In this document: in pieces, positions 51,052-64,000 of the stretch
Numbering within the stretch: position 1 is the stretch's first letter
Layout: every line of letters starts with the position of its first letter
Origin: Takakia lepidozioides
Taxonomy: Eukaryota; Plantae; Bryophyta
Direction of reading: 5' to 3'
NCBI GenBank assembly: GCA_030704615.1
Contig: CM060733.1
Coordinates: forward strand, 4,278,001 to 4,342,000
DNA: 64,000 bases
Notes under the pieces: model-generated
The model's input: only the letters and a program-made list of their open reading frames with translations
Databases searched by the model: none
What the model was told of the DNA's origin: nothing
Translations under genes and position numbers: made by a program

Positions 51052-54029
51052 CCTGACTCACATCCATTATCCCGACCCCTGCCACGTCACCAATCCCCGT
51101 CCGGAAAGCTGAAAGAAGCTGTCCGGGGTCTCGCCGGGTCTTGTTGGTAGAAGCTTCGAAGTTGGGTAGATATGGCGGTGTGTTTTCTCAAGAAATTTGG
51201 CAGCTGAGAATCTCGTGGTTCCCGTGAACCTTCATGTTGACATTGAATGACCGGATCATATTGTCATGTGAAAGGATGAAGATCATCTCTAGGTTCAGAC
51301 GATTGTGATACGAAGTGCATGAGATCATCGATCTCGGATCGATCGATCAACCCTGGAAGTGAAAATCTGGCGTGGCGGCCTACTGGGATCTACTCCACAA
51401 AGGTAGAGGTTATGCAGTCGTGATAATTCTGTGATTGATGAGGGGCGCTGTCACTGTTAATCTTCTAGAGGTTGTCCAGATCAGGGTTGGGCAGCTTGTG
51501 CCGAATTATTGTCGTGTTATATACACTATATCAAATTCAAGTTCTGAACATGATTTCACTATTTCAACAGATTGCTTGCTCTATTAATCCATGCTTTGCA
51601 TATTGGATCTTGTTCTGTTTAATGACTTGGGTTGTGCTTCTGCTTTCTTTGTGCTTTGGGATTACTTGTTCATGTAGCAAAGGTGCAAGGTCGAATCAGT
51701 GCTGTAACGAAGCGATCAGATCAGAAAGCTCTGCCCGTTCAACGTGCTACCAAAAAAATTTGGGATCAAGAGAGAACAAGTGCGTACAGGTCTTTGGTCC
51801 TTGGAGTCTGGCTGCACCCGTAAGTGAACTCGTTGCAGCAAGGGGAACTCTTGCATGCCATGAAAGATGGATGAGAGACACAACATAGCTTTGTGACCTC
51901 TGGGCTAAATGAGAAGCAGTGCTGGAATGAATCTCCTGCCTGCTGCACATTCAATGCAGACACATCAACACTCCGTTCCTTGCAGCAGAGGGTTTTTGTC
52001 AAGTTTGACAACTTCCTTTGGCCGGTTCTTTCTCACACAAAAATCAACTGGTCAAATACTAATACTAGAGTGAAGCTCTGCAGAATGCGGTCAACAGGTG
52101 CATGCATAACCCTTATCTTTGTGTGGCAGGAACCAATTACTAAGAAGGCAATTCTTGCCCCTGCATGAATGTCGAACTGCATCAAAATTGCGTAATCGAT
52201 GTACAGATGATCTCTGTTATGCTAACAAATGGTTGTAAATTGCTGGTAATAAGCTCATCAAGCTCTCGGGTGAGCCTGACCACGCGCTGGCTCACGTCCT
52301 CCAAGAAAGCAGGACAGCTTTACCATAGGATTCTTTCTGATTGATTCCCACATACCGTCAAACACATAATGCTTGAAGGGTATTGCAAAAGCAGCGGCGA
52401 GACAATATGAAACCCAGTATACAGCTGATTGAATCAGCTAATAATTCTCCAGTCCATTCAGATACTGCACTTTGGCGAATCCCCAAAACATATTAGGGTC
52501 TTCAAATTTCCTTCACCTTCTTATATCTGAGGGTACTATCCACAAGTCGTCGCCAAATCTATCCTTCGGTTCTTTGCGTGAAATTATTCGGCCATCTGGA
52601 GTGCACTCCGTCATACATCATAGCGCTTGGTGTGTCGGAAATCTCACTGTGTACACTAGGATGTAGGTAACCAGGAGATCGATTATAAGAGACGATTAGT
52701 TGACAACATCAAGATCAGCAAATTCAGCAGCCTCTTCTCTGCCCCTGATTTTGATAGCGAAGTAACCATCTGACTTCCCTGAACATAGGATAGGCGATGG
52801 TGCCACCATCGAATCAAATTGTTTATTACTCCACCATCTTCGAGGGTCGCGCGTGACCCCGCAAGCAGAGAGTAAGAATAACTGGAAGAGGTAGACCCAA
52901 GAAAAAGGTTCAAAATTTACACAAACGACTTGACCGATTTGAAAGGAACTGCAGAAACCAGTGTCCAGAAGCAAAAAACATGCTAGATCGTGTATAGAAT
53001 TCAGCACAAACCTGGGGTGTGAGTCGTGCCTGTGCATAGAGAGTAATCCAATAATATATTCACAGATCAGTAGCGAAGCAACTTACCTCCTGACGCATGT
53101 ATTCAAGCGCGGAACCAGTGTGAGAAAGAGCAAAAAGAGGATGACGCCGACGGCATCGAGCAGCCGTGAAGCCAGAACGCGCGCGACGCAACCGTCCTCA
53201 CATACCACGCAAACGTGCTCGTGCCAGGGGAGTTGGCTTGCGTGGCCCCCACACCTACGTGAAGGCCCGGTTCAGCTCCACCGACAGCTCCAACGTCCAC
53301 ACACCTCCACCTGCACCATGGCCTCCGCAAGGATCCACAGCTCCAACGTCGTCAGACACTCCACCATGGCCTCTCTCGGGCTCCACTGACTCTACTCTTT
53401 CTCCAACACCACCTCCAGCTGGCTCGAGCTCCAATATTGCCCCACGACAGCCAAAGGAGATGCCGGCAATCACACTGTAGATGCCGGCAAGCAGCCCAGG
53501 TACACCCGTAGCGATCTATGGGTGTGGCTAAGTCCCTCCAACGATGTGTACTTTCTAGTCTACGGGCCCACTCCAGCCCTTCTCCACCCCGTTCCTGCTG
53601 GATTGCCCTCAAACGACGATACCTCTGTCTTCCTGACCCCTCCCCAATCCAACTTTCTAGATGCGCTCACTACGTCCCACACTTATCACCTCCCCACCTC
53701 GCTCTCATCAACTTGACCTCCCCCCTTTCTCATTTCCGGGAGATCCATCTTACCGACTCCTCCGGTTGTACATACTTCTACATGCTCCAACAGCGCCACC
53801 AGCCCCATCCACTCGAGCATCTCCAATTGATGATCGCATTCCTTGCCATTCGCTTACATCATAGGCCTTGCTCACCATCCGTGCACTTGTTCGACTTTTT
53901 CGATAGTCCCAGTCCCACCTACCCTTCAAGGCGGTTCTTCCCTACCCATCCTTCTGCAATATGCTGTACCCACTCTTCTTACCCACTCTTCTTCCCGCCT
54001 TTGCATGGGTTTGGCTCTCCAATACTTTA

Positions 54030-56875
54030 AGGTAGTTATACCCAAATGTGAGCGTTTAAGCAGATATGCCCATACAATTGGTGCAGTAAGGGGAAAAATT
54101 ATATGACTGGATTAGCAATTGAACAAACAGCTTGTGGTATGAATTGCATGAATTTTGGACGAAGTGGCTAATCGATATATATTATCAAAGTGGCAGGGCA
54201 CAAAAATGCTATGCCTGAGCTATAGAGGGTACCATAACTCACTGAAATATTATCTAATATGAAGCCTACATGTAACCTGATATGCACGAGATGTGCACTT
54301 GAAATGGCCCCCACACACCAACTACTACACCCAATAACTCACCCAACAACTCGGCCCACAAGAGCAAAAGATATCCTATGGTGCAGTAGTGAAATAAAGG
54401 AGATCGGATGCATGAACTCTAGTAAGCCCTTGGAAACCGTGAATGTGTGCCAAATGGTCAATCCTGCATGTAAAGTGGACCCCACTCTCCTAGATTTGGA
54501 TTCTTATTTAAGCACATAGTGATCCAAAGTGTGCCAAACTGCGTGCTTTTCCAGCAGAAACCTCACCTCTCACTGCACTAATTTGGACCATCCAAGTGTC
54601 ACAGGCCACGGCTCTCCACCTATTGTTCTCCCGCCACCACCTTGATTCATCCCACCATCTCTGTCGCCTCCCAGCAACTCCTTCCCACCATGGCCCGCCA
54701 TGACAGCAACTCACTCTACAACAGGTGGTCCCGAACCTGGTTGATGCGCCCATGGCACTCCTACGACCTGCAGATGACTTGTGTCTTCCACTCGGCCTTT
54801 GCCCGACGTTTAGCAATAGCAATTTTTTGATTGTGTTTACAGATTGGTGGAGCCCACCCGCACAATGGGGCGATCCATGCATGCTTGGGGGAGGGGTTGT
54901 TTGCTTTGATTGCTGCATGCAGACGTTCTCCTGCCTCACTGCAAGCTCGTGCCGACCACTTGGCGTCGAAGGCCCTCCTGGCAAGTCGCTCTTGTGTTCG
55001 GGCCTTCTTGAGAGAATCTTTCTCGATCTTCTCGGCTGCCCGCTTTGCTTTACCTTGCAGGGTCTCCTCTTTTTTCTGCTCACGAGCTTGGGTTGCTTCT
55101 TCTTTTAGTCTCACTTTTTGCTCTAGTGCTACCAAGTATACATCAGATGTCATTATAATTGACTTGTTGTGGTCTATAATAGGTTCATCTCCTGATGTTC
55201 TTACCCTTCGATTGACTGCAGGAGCCTCTGGGAGCGTCAAAGAATCGAGAGATTGATGAAGGGACCTCTGGCTGGCTGGGAACCATCTCCCAGTCTGCGT
55301 CATCATCGAGATGCACTAAGGACTCCTGGCTACTGCGAAAGTATGGCTGATTGTCATCTACCCTTTCCTGGTCATTGCGCCCATCCTCATCTGGCTCTTC
55401 GACCACCACAAAGTAGTGGTGGTGATTCTCTTGTATGTTGGGCACATGGTTGCCCAACACCTCTTCCACATGAAGGGCAGAAAGTACGTCTTCTACCTCC
55501 CCCTCAGGTGTATCCTTGTCCATTGATTCTGGCCTGATCTCCTCGGTGTGCAGGTCTGGTGTCCCCGGCCCTGAGAAACATTCTGCCGGCCCCATCTTTC
55601 CTGCCATGGCTTCTGGATTCAGAGGCCAGATCCCAGAGGTCTTGAATCCCTTGGCAATGTTGGTAGGGGTTAGTCTTTTTTTCAATGCAAGGGAGACCCA
55701 TTGGGCCAGATCTTCTTTCAACGCTCCTCTTCCTTTATGTGCCATGGTCAAAACATCTCTATATTTCCTAAAGGCAGTCTTAAAGGGCTTGAACACTGCC
55801 ACATCAAGGGGCTGGAGTGCATGGGATGTGTGGGAAGGAAGTGTAATGACATCAAGTCCTATTGATCTTGCTTGCTTGACAACGTCTAGGGTGACGTGTG
55901 AGTTGTGACCATCCAGAATTAGCAAATGCCTGTTTGTAACGGTAATGTCATTGCCCATTGCCTTTGCTGATTCCAGAAAATGTGATATCCACTTGTGAAA
56001 CAATATTACAGTCATCCATGCTTTTCTTTGCATTGCCATTGTTGCTCCAGATTCACATTTGTGAATATAATTGCGACGGAATCTTTTCCCTTTGAATATG
56101 TAGAAGTTTGGGATGTAACTTCATGCAGCATTCATGCAGGTGAGGACGCTCAGCCACTCCCTCTGATCTGGTGTTATAGAATGAACAGATCTGGATCCGG
56201 TCTTGGCCAGCACAACAGCACCTCCGTTTCGCCTAGCTTGGGCCCCGGACTCGTCACAATTTCATATCCTTGTTGGCCCATAGTTGTGCTTCTCATACAT
56301 CAGTTTCAGGTTAGCATAGAACGTCTTTACGTTCTCTGGACATAGTCCCTTGGCCCTCCCAGTTTCTAGTCCTTGAGCTACTCTCAATGAAAGATGTGGA
56401 TGTTGTGACCTGAACCATCTCACCCACCCCCAGCCCGGGATTCCATTTGTGAAAGGTGTGACTCTCTCTTGTGTAACTTCAGCCACCTTCAGACGTAGTT
56501 GAGTTAGTGTCAAGGGATGCCCGATATCTTGCATTTTTTCAATATACTGGACTAGTTCAGCTTCTTCCTTGGCGTTTAATGTCCCTTTGTTGCCTCTCTT
56601 CCTACTGGTAGTAACACCATAAACGTGGTTTCTCAGACTTGTTGCAGGCACTTCAAACATCCTTGCTGCGGATCTGATGCTGTATCCACGGTCAACGGCA
56701 GCCACGGCACCTCGCAATTCACCTAACAAAGCACCATGGGGCCCACAACGCCCATGAAGGAACCTAAATCAGCCCGTTGGCAGTAAGGTCGCCGTTTAAG
56801 GGCAGGCAAAACCACTTTACACCCCAAAAATAGGGGTCCATTTTGAGACCTGCTCATATTTGGGTGTTTCTACCT
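54030..56875 (-). mobile_element. pogo/Fot1-like (Tc1-mariner superfamily) DNA transposon with frameshifted transposase
   Basis: Imperfect TIRs aggtagttatacccaaatgtgagc / gctcatatttgggtgtttctacct with TA on both sides. HTH-psq plus CENP-B HTH (56262-56729); DDE_1 domain KAWMT..HLLILDGHNSH..LPSHTSHALQPLDVAVFKPFK (55185-56039). Confidence 0.93.
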
Positions 56876-57799
56876 TAGATGTTTTTGGCACTTTTCATCT
56901 TCTACAATATGCTAAGACAAGAGGTCCAACACGCTCTGTGTATGCCTGTCGATCGTCTGGCTCGCGATCCTGCTGATATTCCGGCCTGACATCTTCTTGT
57001 GCTCTTTGCCGGAGATTGGGAGTGTCTTTAAGAGGAGCATTATCTCGGTGCACAATCTTTTGCAATAAAGACTCATCCGGATATTTTGCCACAACCCCAT
57101 TAGGGAAGAATGGGGCATCTCTACGGCCTCCTCCCTTTCGGAGAAAGTAATCATTCGGTCAACTTGAAAAAAACCTCAACGGTCGAGATCGGTTTGATCT
57201 AACGATTTTTAACTTAAATTCAAACATCTGCCCGGTTTGAGCAATTATCACCGTCCTAATCAGCGCTCCGACGTGGATCGCCCATCCCTCCCGCTCAATT
57301 CAGGTGGATCGCTCGTCCCCATCTTGGATCCGCCCCCACCCTCTATCATTCTTGCACAGTTTGAGCTAACGAAAGAGCGTACGATATCACCCGTCCCTGT
57401 TCTATAACTACAAACAGAGCCCGGTGCAACGCATGCTTGATTTTGACTTTCTATGTCGTATGTATGTCGTGAAGTTGTGTTTGGCACAAGTGCATTCGGC
57501 TTAACTCGCAGGAAATCAGTTAGTCTAGTTGCGCTGATTTTCCTGCGTTTGTTTAGAATTTTAGGCGAAATGGATTACCGTTTGCGCGAGGATTGGAGGC
57601 GAAATCGATTTCAGTGTTGCAGATTATAGTTTGTGCTTGAAATTTTGGTGACGCAGCGTTGAGAGAAGATTTCGAGAATTCTATGAGAGCGAACATTGTT
57701 TGAATAGTGCAAATGTTGCATCGGCTACCAATTTATGTCCAGAAAGCGCAAAAATGCAGTATTTTTATTTGCAAAAGGCACCTAACAACCTACGACAAT

Positions 57800-58807
57800 C
57801 ACTGCAAGAGAAACTGATTTTTTTTACACCTTTTTTTACACCTGGTGTAAAAAAAAAACCACCTGCTCACACCCCCCTTGGGTGTAAGGTAAACCGTGTT
57901 GATTCCGCCACCATGTAGAAAAAGTCAGTGGTGTTGAAAAAACCATCTTACACCCATCTACATCCTGACGTGGCGCCCGGCCTGTCTGGGTTTTTTGACA
58001 TGGTTTTTTTTATACCCGTTTTGACTGGCTTTTCTAACATCCGTTTCGACTGGGTTTTTTGACGGCTTATCTTACACCCTGCTTGACAATGTGGCGATTT
58101 CAAAATTCAAAATTCAAATTCAAATTTTAAAATTTAAAATTTGATGGTTCAAAATATGCGTTGACCGTGACCCCACCCCATCCCAGGTCAACGGTTGACC
58201 ACACACCATCCCACACATTACTAGACAATACACACTTGAACCTAAGACCTACTCATTATAATATCAGTAAGTCACTATACACTAACCAACACACCTATTA
58301 TACATACATGCACAGCATAAATGGTTTGATTGTATATAAACATACCAAACTTTGTCCGACCAATGTGGCATAATCCACACTATTGTAAAATAAGCCCAAT
58401 AGCCTTTCTTACACCATGTCTAGTCAGCATGCCACCTCTGAGTCCCTTAATCGACGTGTACTACCAATGTGGCATAATTTACACTAGTGTAAAATAAGCC
58501 CAGTAACCTTTCTCACACCATGTATAGTCAGCATGTCACATTTCCACCCCATTGTGTGGATTAACTTACACTATATGGCTTATTCTCACAGCGGTGTGAG
58601 ATAAGCCTTGTACACTGTTGGACACATTCTCGGTCAACAACCGTTAACCACAGAAAATGTGAGCTTGGTGTAGACTAGTCTACACAAAGCGGCTTACACT
58701 GGCTCATGCTACACCATCGAAATTTTAAAGGGATGTAAAATTTTGTGTAAGAAAAGCCAGGTGTGAACTACCATTGTTGTAAAAAAAAACCAGGATCTCT
58801 CGTAGTG
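57800..58807. mobile_element. non-autonomous CACTA (En/Spm) element
   Basis: Termini cactgcaagaga / tctctcgtagtg, 3-bp TSD aat, many ttacac/gtgtaa subterminal repeats. Confidence 0.9.
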
Positions 58808-59749
58808 AATGTTGTAAGAAACATCTTTTAAAATCTACATTACCAGGGATAGTCTTTATACTTTCAGTGAGGGTAGTTTGTGAAAAAATTTACTCCGTTT
58901 GCATGGACGGATTTAAATTGCATATTTGGACGGATTTAACATCAATTCAGCTGACGCACGTTGGGAACTGCCTCTTTGGGGATGCTTTCATCTTTACTGC
59001 AGGTGTTGCACAGACGGAAGCGACACCCTTGTGTTTATAAATTGAAAGGCATAGTCTCATTTGATGATTGTCAACTGCTTATTCTGTCACATTGTAAATT
59101 CACCAGAATTGTTAGGAGGCGTGGTTTTCTATCTATGTGGACTAACGCAACTGATGTGAACTTCTCTCTTTCTGAAGCAGTGAGCTTTGTGGGCATATGT
59201 CAGGCCATGTAAGAAGTGATTGGAGTTCCTGCAGGAGGCTCCATACACTCATGTTTTATTGATTAACTTTGGAGCGTTCCCGGGGTGAATGAGAAGCGGA
59301 TTATAACTGTGACAATGCAAATGCACATTGAAGCTGATTGATATTCTGCCTGGTGAATTTGCAATCTTTACAGCAGTTACAACTAGTTTATTTAGACTGC
59401 CGAGTATCAAGGGCGTGCCTTTCCTTGCCCTCAAAAGTCCAATTTCGACCAAAAAACATCCCAGTTATTGTGGACACACCTGAAGACCCTCAGACCGGAT
59501 GGAGAAATCTAATTTGTGAGCCTCCACCCATGAGCCTGTGAGTAAACATTGTGAGTCTATGAGCCTGTGCTCACGATTTTGGGAGAATCATCATCCTCTG
59601 CTCATGATTTTCAGGGTGAATCATGAGTTAGAGCTCATGGATTGCATGCTCACTTGCTTATGGGCTCATGAATCCCGCTCATGGGTTAGTTTCTCTAGCA
59701 GCAGATGGTATTATGATGACATCAAACATAAAAAAAAATGAGTCCAATT

Positions 59750-60580
59750 GAGCTTGCAAACCGAGTGGATATCCTAATTACTGTAAGTATACTAGTACAT
59801 CCTTCTGTGATGCCTATCCGCCATGGCACCCTTCAGCAGGCCTCTGTCCCTCACTTCCACTTTCACGACAATGCAATCCACCATGTGATATCGTCCGGAT
59901 GCATTTCCGCAATATACTCTGTCTAGGCAAGCATCCTATGTTTCCCGTCCAGACAAAGAACATCTTCATTTTAATGTTTGCGAATGTGGGATTACTCTTC
60001 AGAGAGGCTTCAAATGAGCATTTACAGTGTGCCAGTGGGGGCTCCAATTCTGAAGCTCATCTGCAGTTCTATGGAAACGTGGAATGCTGCCGACCCCCGT
60101 CTGTACCCCTCTCTGAAATTGTGCTTTGAGTCAGTCAATGTCCCTTGGCACTGCTTGCCTTACAACTAGAAGGCTAACCATGCAGCACAAAGGAACTTTG
60201 AGGTTCTCGGGATACACCATGGAGCCCAAAACGCACCCTATGTTGCTATGTGTCTCTGCCAGCAACATGTTTGCTGCAATGTTCATGTCTCGTGCGTTCA
60301 TGGGCATACCCGCCACGAGTTTCTTACTTTTCTCACCAGCTTGTCTACTGTCCTAGAGCGTTTGTTCCTCAGTAAGCTCCACTAAGTTCTGATCTCCTGG
60401 GAAGTCCTCAAGTCGCACCACGTTGTCGTCCTCACCTTCGGTCAGCTCAATGAGTCGGCCTTGTGCAGATCCAAGTCCGACATTTCCTGCGGCCTCCACC
60501 GCATCGGTGTCTTGGGAAACTCCCTGCAAACCCAGAATCTTGGCTTCGAGTCTCCCAAGGGGTTTGACCGGCGATGCCAT
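59750..60580 (-). pseudogene. degenerate gene with ParB/sulfiredoxin-like DGxHR motif, probably TE cargo
   Basis: Across frameshifts: VRQAVPRDID*LKAQF..ELQNWSPHWHTVNAH|FEASLKSNP..KMFFVW|DGKHRMLA*TEYIAEMHPDD. Confidence 0.5.
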
Positions 60581-62879
60581 GGGCTCCTTCTGCTTCTTGA
60601 GCTTCCGGACTCTAGGTGGGCTTTTCTAGGGTGATTTCTGAGGTGTCATGTGAGGAGTCGTTTGCCTGGATGCAGTTCCTGCTTGCGAACGCAACACATG
60701 GGCAAGAGTCTCCAAAGTTGACTACGTTGCGTCGACCACTTGCGATCCCTCCCCAGCTCTCATGTCAAACAAACAGGAAAACATGGCAGACTGCACACAA
60801 AAAAAAAAGGTGTAAAAGGAAGAGTGCGTATGGGCGCCTTCACATCCGCGAAGCACGAAGCTCTCATTGGTGGACGATCCGAGTCTCCAGAGAACGAGCT
60901 CTGCATCTCCTGCATGAGGTGGAGCCTTAGTCGTGTCGTCGGCGGCTTCCCAAAGTCTCGTGTCCTCCTTCTCTGCGCCGAAGTCGCCTGACCTTCCACA
61001 AACTCAAGGCTATCATTATGCTGCATAAGGAGAGGAACGCAGAAGAATGTCACCGCAGAAGGGGGAAGGAGCGAGAGACCGAAGCGGTGCTTGAAGATAC
61101 TGCACATCATTTCCCAAGGACAGATCCAGGTTGCGTGAGATATACATCAGGTGTTTACAGCAGCCACACATTTGCAGTTACTTTCAAAACAATCCTCAAG
61201 TGCGCCAATCAAGTTTTTATAAGGATTTCAAATATTCTGTAAAAACTTTGCAGCCACTTCTCCTCGATAGACTCTAGTTCTTTGTCCGTCACAGTGGAAT
61301 TAAGGCATGTCTCAAGAGAATCACAAGTTTTTGTCGCTTGATTCAGCCGCCCGTTGATGACAGGATCTGTCATGTCAGGCCAGCTAACGTGCCTACATTG
61401 TGCACATCTGTAGTGGTCTCCACTATAGCATAATTTCACTACAACAGATCGCGGTATATTTGACTGCCGAGCCATGGTAGTCATGGTTTTTCTGACTTTG
61501 ACCATGACTTCCCTGTATTTTTGGACCAAATGGGGCTTCACGTAGTCGTTGAAATGACTACGTGACTACGTAGTCCTCTGGGCGACTACTTTGGTAGACG
61601 TCGTCATGACTGCATGGCTCCGCACTAGAGGGATGGTTGGTCAACAATGGTTGACCAGCGCGAGCTCACCACCAAATAGTTGCCGGAATGACTTCTAGTG
61701 CAAGCCTGGTAGCCAAAAGGTTAAAAAAGTTAAAAAAATTGCTTATAGGGTTGCGCATGAGAGGGTTGGGACTTAGCTTTCTTTTTCTTTTTCTCCTGCG
61801 CGGTTTCTTAGTATCGAGCTGTTGTGTTGGGTCATGGAACGCGATGATTGCAGGATAGGGGCGTGGGATGAAGGCTTTGTAGACCTAGTCTTGAGCTACT
61901 GATGCAGGAAGGGGCGAAGCACAACCTGCACCGCAATGGGCTCTTGCTCCTGTTAGTACCATGATTTGGTATTTTTCCTGATGTTTACAAGGTTATTGGG
62001 AGAGACAGCTTGGTCTTAGCAGTCCGTGTTTCAATCGACGCCCGCTCAGCTGCACCGTGGTGGTTCTCACAGACCAATACGACATTACCTGACTACAGAC
62101 ACAAGCAACACACACAAGAGGTCCTATTGTGTTCATGGTCAGTCAAATCCTCCATGGGTCATGACACAAGGTCGAGGACAATGTGGTGAGGGCACCTTCT
62201 TCTTCAACTTATTTCAGTCTGTTTTGACCTCTCATCAAACTCAGCCCTGAATTTCTTCACGATGGTGGGACAATCACAATCACAAGGTGTGGCTTTTTCT
62301 TAATGTACCATGTAAAGTTCTAAGTTAGTCCATCTTGCAAATGTGGGCTCTTGGCTCCTGTTATGATTTGGTATTCTTCCTAATGTTTACAAGGTTCTTG
62401 GGAGAGTCAGCTTGGTCTTAGCAGGCCGCGTTTCAATCTTTGTCAGTTCAGTTGTGGAAATCGCAGCAGCGGCACAATTGATAAAATCAGGCACTGCTAC
62501 TCAAGGCACCTTCTTCAACACATTTCACCAGGTTTTCTCCTCTTATCAGAATCTGCCCTAAATTGGTGAGGGCACCTTTTCTTCAACCTGTTTCAGTCTG
62601 TTTTGCCCTCTCATCATTAGGGTTGGGGTATTTGCTGGAAGAAGGCCGGATTTCAAGCACAAGATTACCTATGATTCCCTGTGGATCCATTGCTACAAGA
62701 AACCTGCATTGGTAGATGGTGAACTGGAAGCCGCAACACACAATTGATAAATTAGGCACTGCTAATGAAGGCAACCTTCTTCAACACATTTCACCCTGTT
62801 TTCCCATCTTATCAAAATCGGCCCTAAATTTTCAGGTTGAATTTCTGTAAGTTACTGGTTGAGTGAACCTTTGATAGTT

Positions 62880-63550
62880 TGCAGTGTGTGTGCAAGCCTG
62901 GCAGCTCTGGAGAAGGGCAAAGAGGTCCATGGCGACATTGTCAGAGCTGCAATTGTACCACATGTCATTTTGAACAATACCCTCGTGGACATGTATGAAG
63001 GGAGTGTTTGACAATATGGCTGAACAAGATGTGGGTGTCGTGGAGTGCGATGATTGCAGGATATGCACAGCTACAGTGTGGGATAGAGGCTTTTGAGAAC
63101 TATGACCAAATGATGTGCAAAGGGGAGAAGCCCAACCACATCACATTTGTTTGTGTTTGCAATGTGTGTGCGAGCCTGGGAGCTCTGGGAAAAGGGAAAG
63201 AGGTCCATGGTGACATCGTCAAAGCTGGAATTGTACCAGATGTCATCATAAACACTGCCCTGGTGGACATGTTTGTCAAATGTGGGTGCATTCAGGATGC
63301 AAGGGATTTTTCCACACTTTGGTTGAACGAGATGTGATGTCGTGGAACGCCATACTTGCAGGGTATGCACAACAGGGGCACGGGATGGAGGCTTTGGAGA
63401 CCTATGAGCAAATGATTGGGGAAGGGTGAAGCCCGACCACATTAGGTTTGTGTGCGTTTGTAGTGCGTGTGCAAGCCTGGCAGCCCCGGAAAAGGGCAAA
63501 GAGGTGCATGGTTGCATCGCCAAAGCTGGAATTGTACCAGATGTGATTCC
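62880..63550 (+). pseudogene. PLS-class pentatricopeptide repeat gene fragment
   Basis: VSWSAMIAGYAQ..KPNHITFVCV..CASLGALGKGKEVH..NTALVDMFVKCG repeated about 2.5 times; frameshifts and a deletion. Confidence 0.9.
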
Positions 63551-63579
63551 CTATGGATCAATAGCTACAAGAAACATGC

Positions 63580-64000
63580 ATGTTAGATAGTCAACTAAAG
63601 GCTGCAGCTGCAGCGACACAGTTCATGAAACCAGGCACCTCAACCATGACCACATCTTCTGAAAGAGGATCAAGAGAGGGAGTCCACAATGCCTCTTCTG
63701 GCACTTCTGGGCATGTGAAGATGTTTTGCGGCAGACTGACTGACAAAGGCTCTAACAGACTTAAAACCAATGAGGCATTTCAGTAGATTGAGGTACGTAT
63801 GTCTGTCCCTTGCTTACGTGCAACAAGATGGAAGGTCTGGACGCTGGAAAGCAGGTGCACACTTACATTATCCAAAGTAGATGCACGCCAAATATTTTTC
63901 TACTCAACACCCTTGTCTCCATGTATGTTAAGTGCGGGAGCATCATGGATGCTCACCAAGTGTTCAACAGAATGCCTCAACAATCTTTGATCACGTGGAA
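63580..64000 (+). pseudogene. second PLS-class PPR gene 5' part, disrupted, running off the window
   Basis: GISVD*GTYV..GKQVHTYIIQS..NTLVSMYVKCGSIMDAHQVFNRMPQQSLITW; in-frame TGA and a frameshift against the upstream leader. Confidence 0.8.

Noticed and set aside
1-64000. TnpB/Fanzor or other RNA-guided nuclease
   Set aside because: No RuvC-I/II/III plus Zn-ribbon pattern recognised in the ORF track or the frames I read; a heavily decayed copy cannot be excluded without HMM search

Overview
Eukaryotic nuclear DNA from a land plant, most likely a non-seed plant (bryophyte, lycophyte or fern grade). This is inferred from spliced plant genes, PLS-class PPR repeats and the TE families present. 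Three intact intron-containing genes could be assembled by hand: a CHY/CTCHY/RING-H2 E3 ligase (minus, 18076-22483), a PHAX RNA-export adaptor (plus, 24876-30489, head-to-head with the former), and a Companion-of-Cellulose-synthase/LEA_2-type membrane protein (plus, 37719-40393). A fourth multi-exon minus-strand unit (about 42.2-49.9 kb) seems to carry two consecutive spliced ORFs. The rest is TE debris: PIF1 helicase pieces, hAT transposase and MITEs, a pogo-like element, a CACTA element, tRNA-derived SINEs and PPR pseudogenes. Unusual items are a decayed TET/JBP-like dioxygenase gene, an R2/NeSL-type restriction-like-endonuclease retrotransposon, a head-to-tail stack of (GA)n-associated LINE 3' ends in a PHAX intron, Crinkler-type NTPase and ParB-like pseudogenes, a recurring three-way-junction motif, and a 3-kb CpG-rich tract of tiny palindromes. 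All family calls come from motif recognition; no searches were run.
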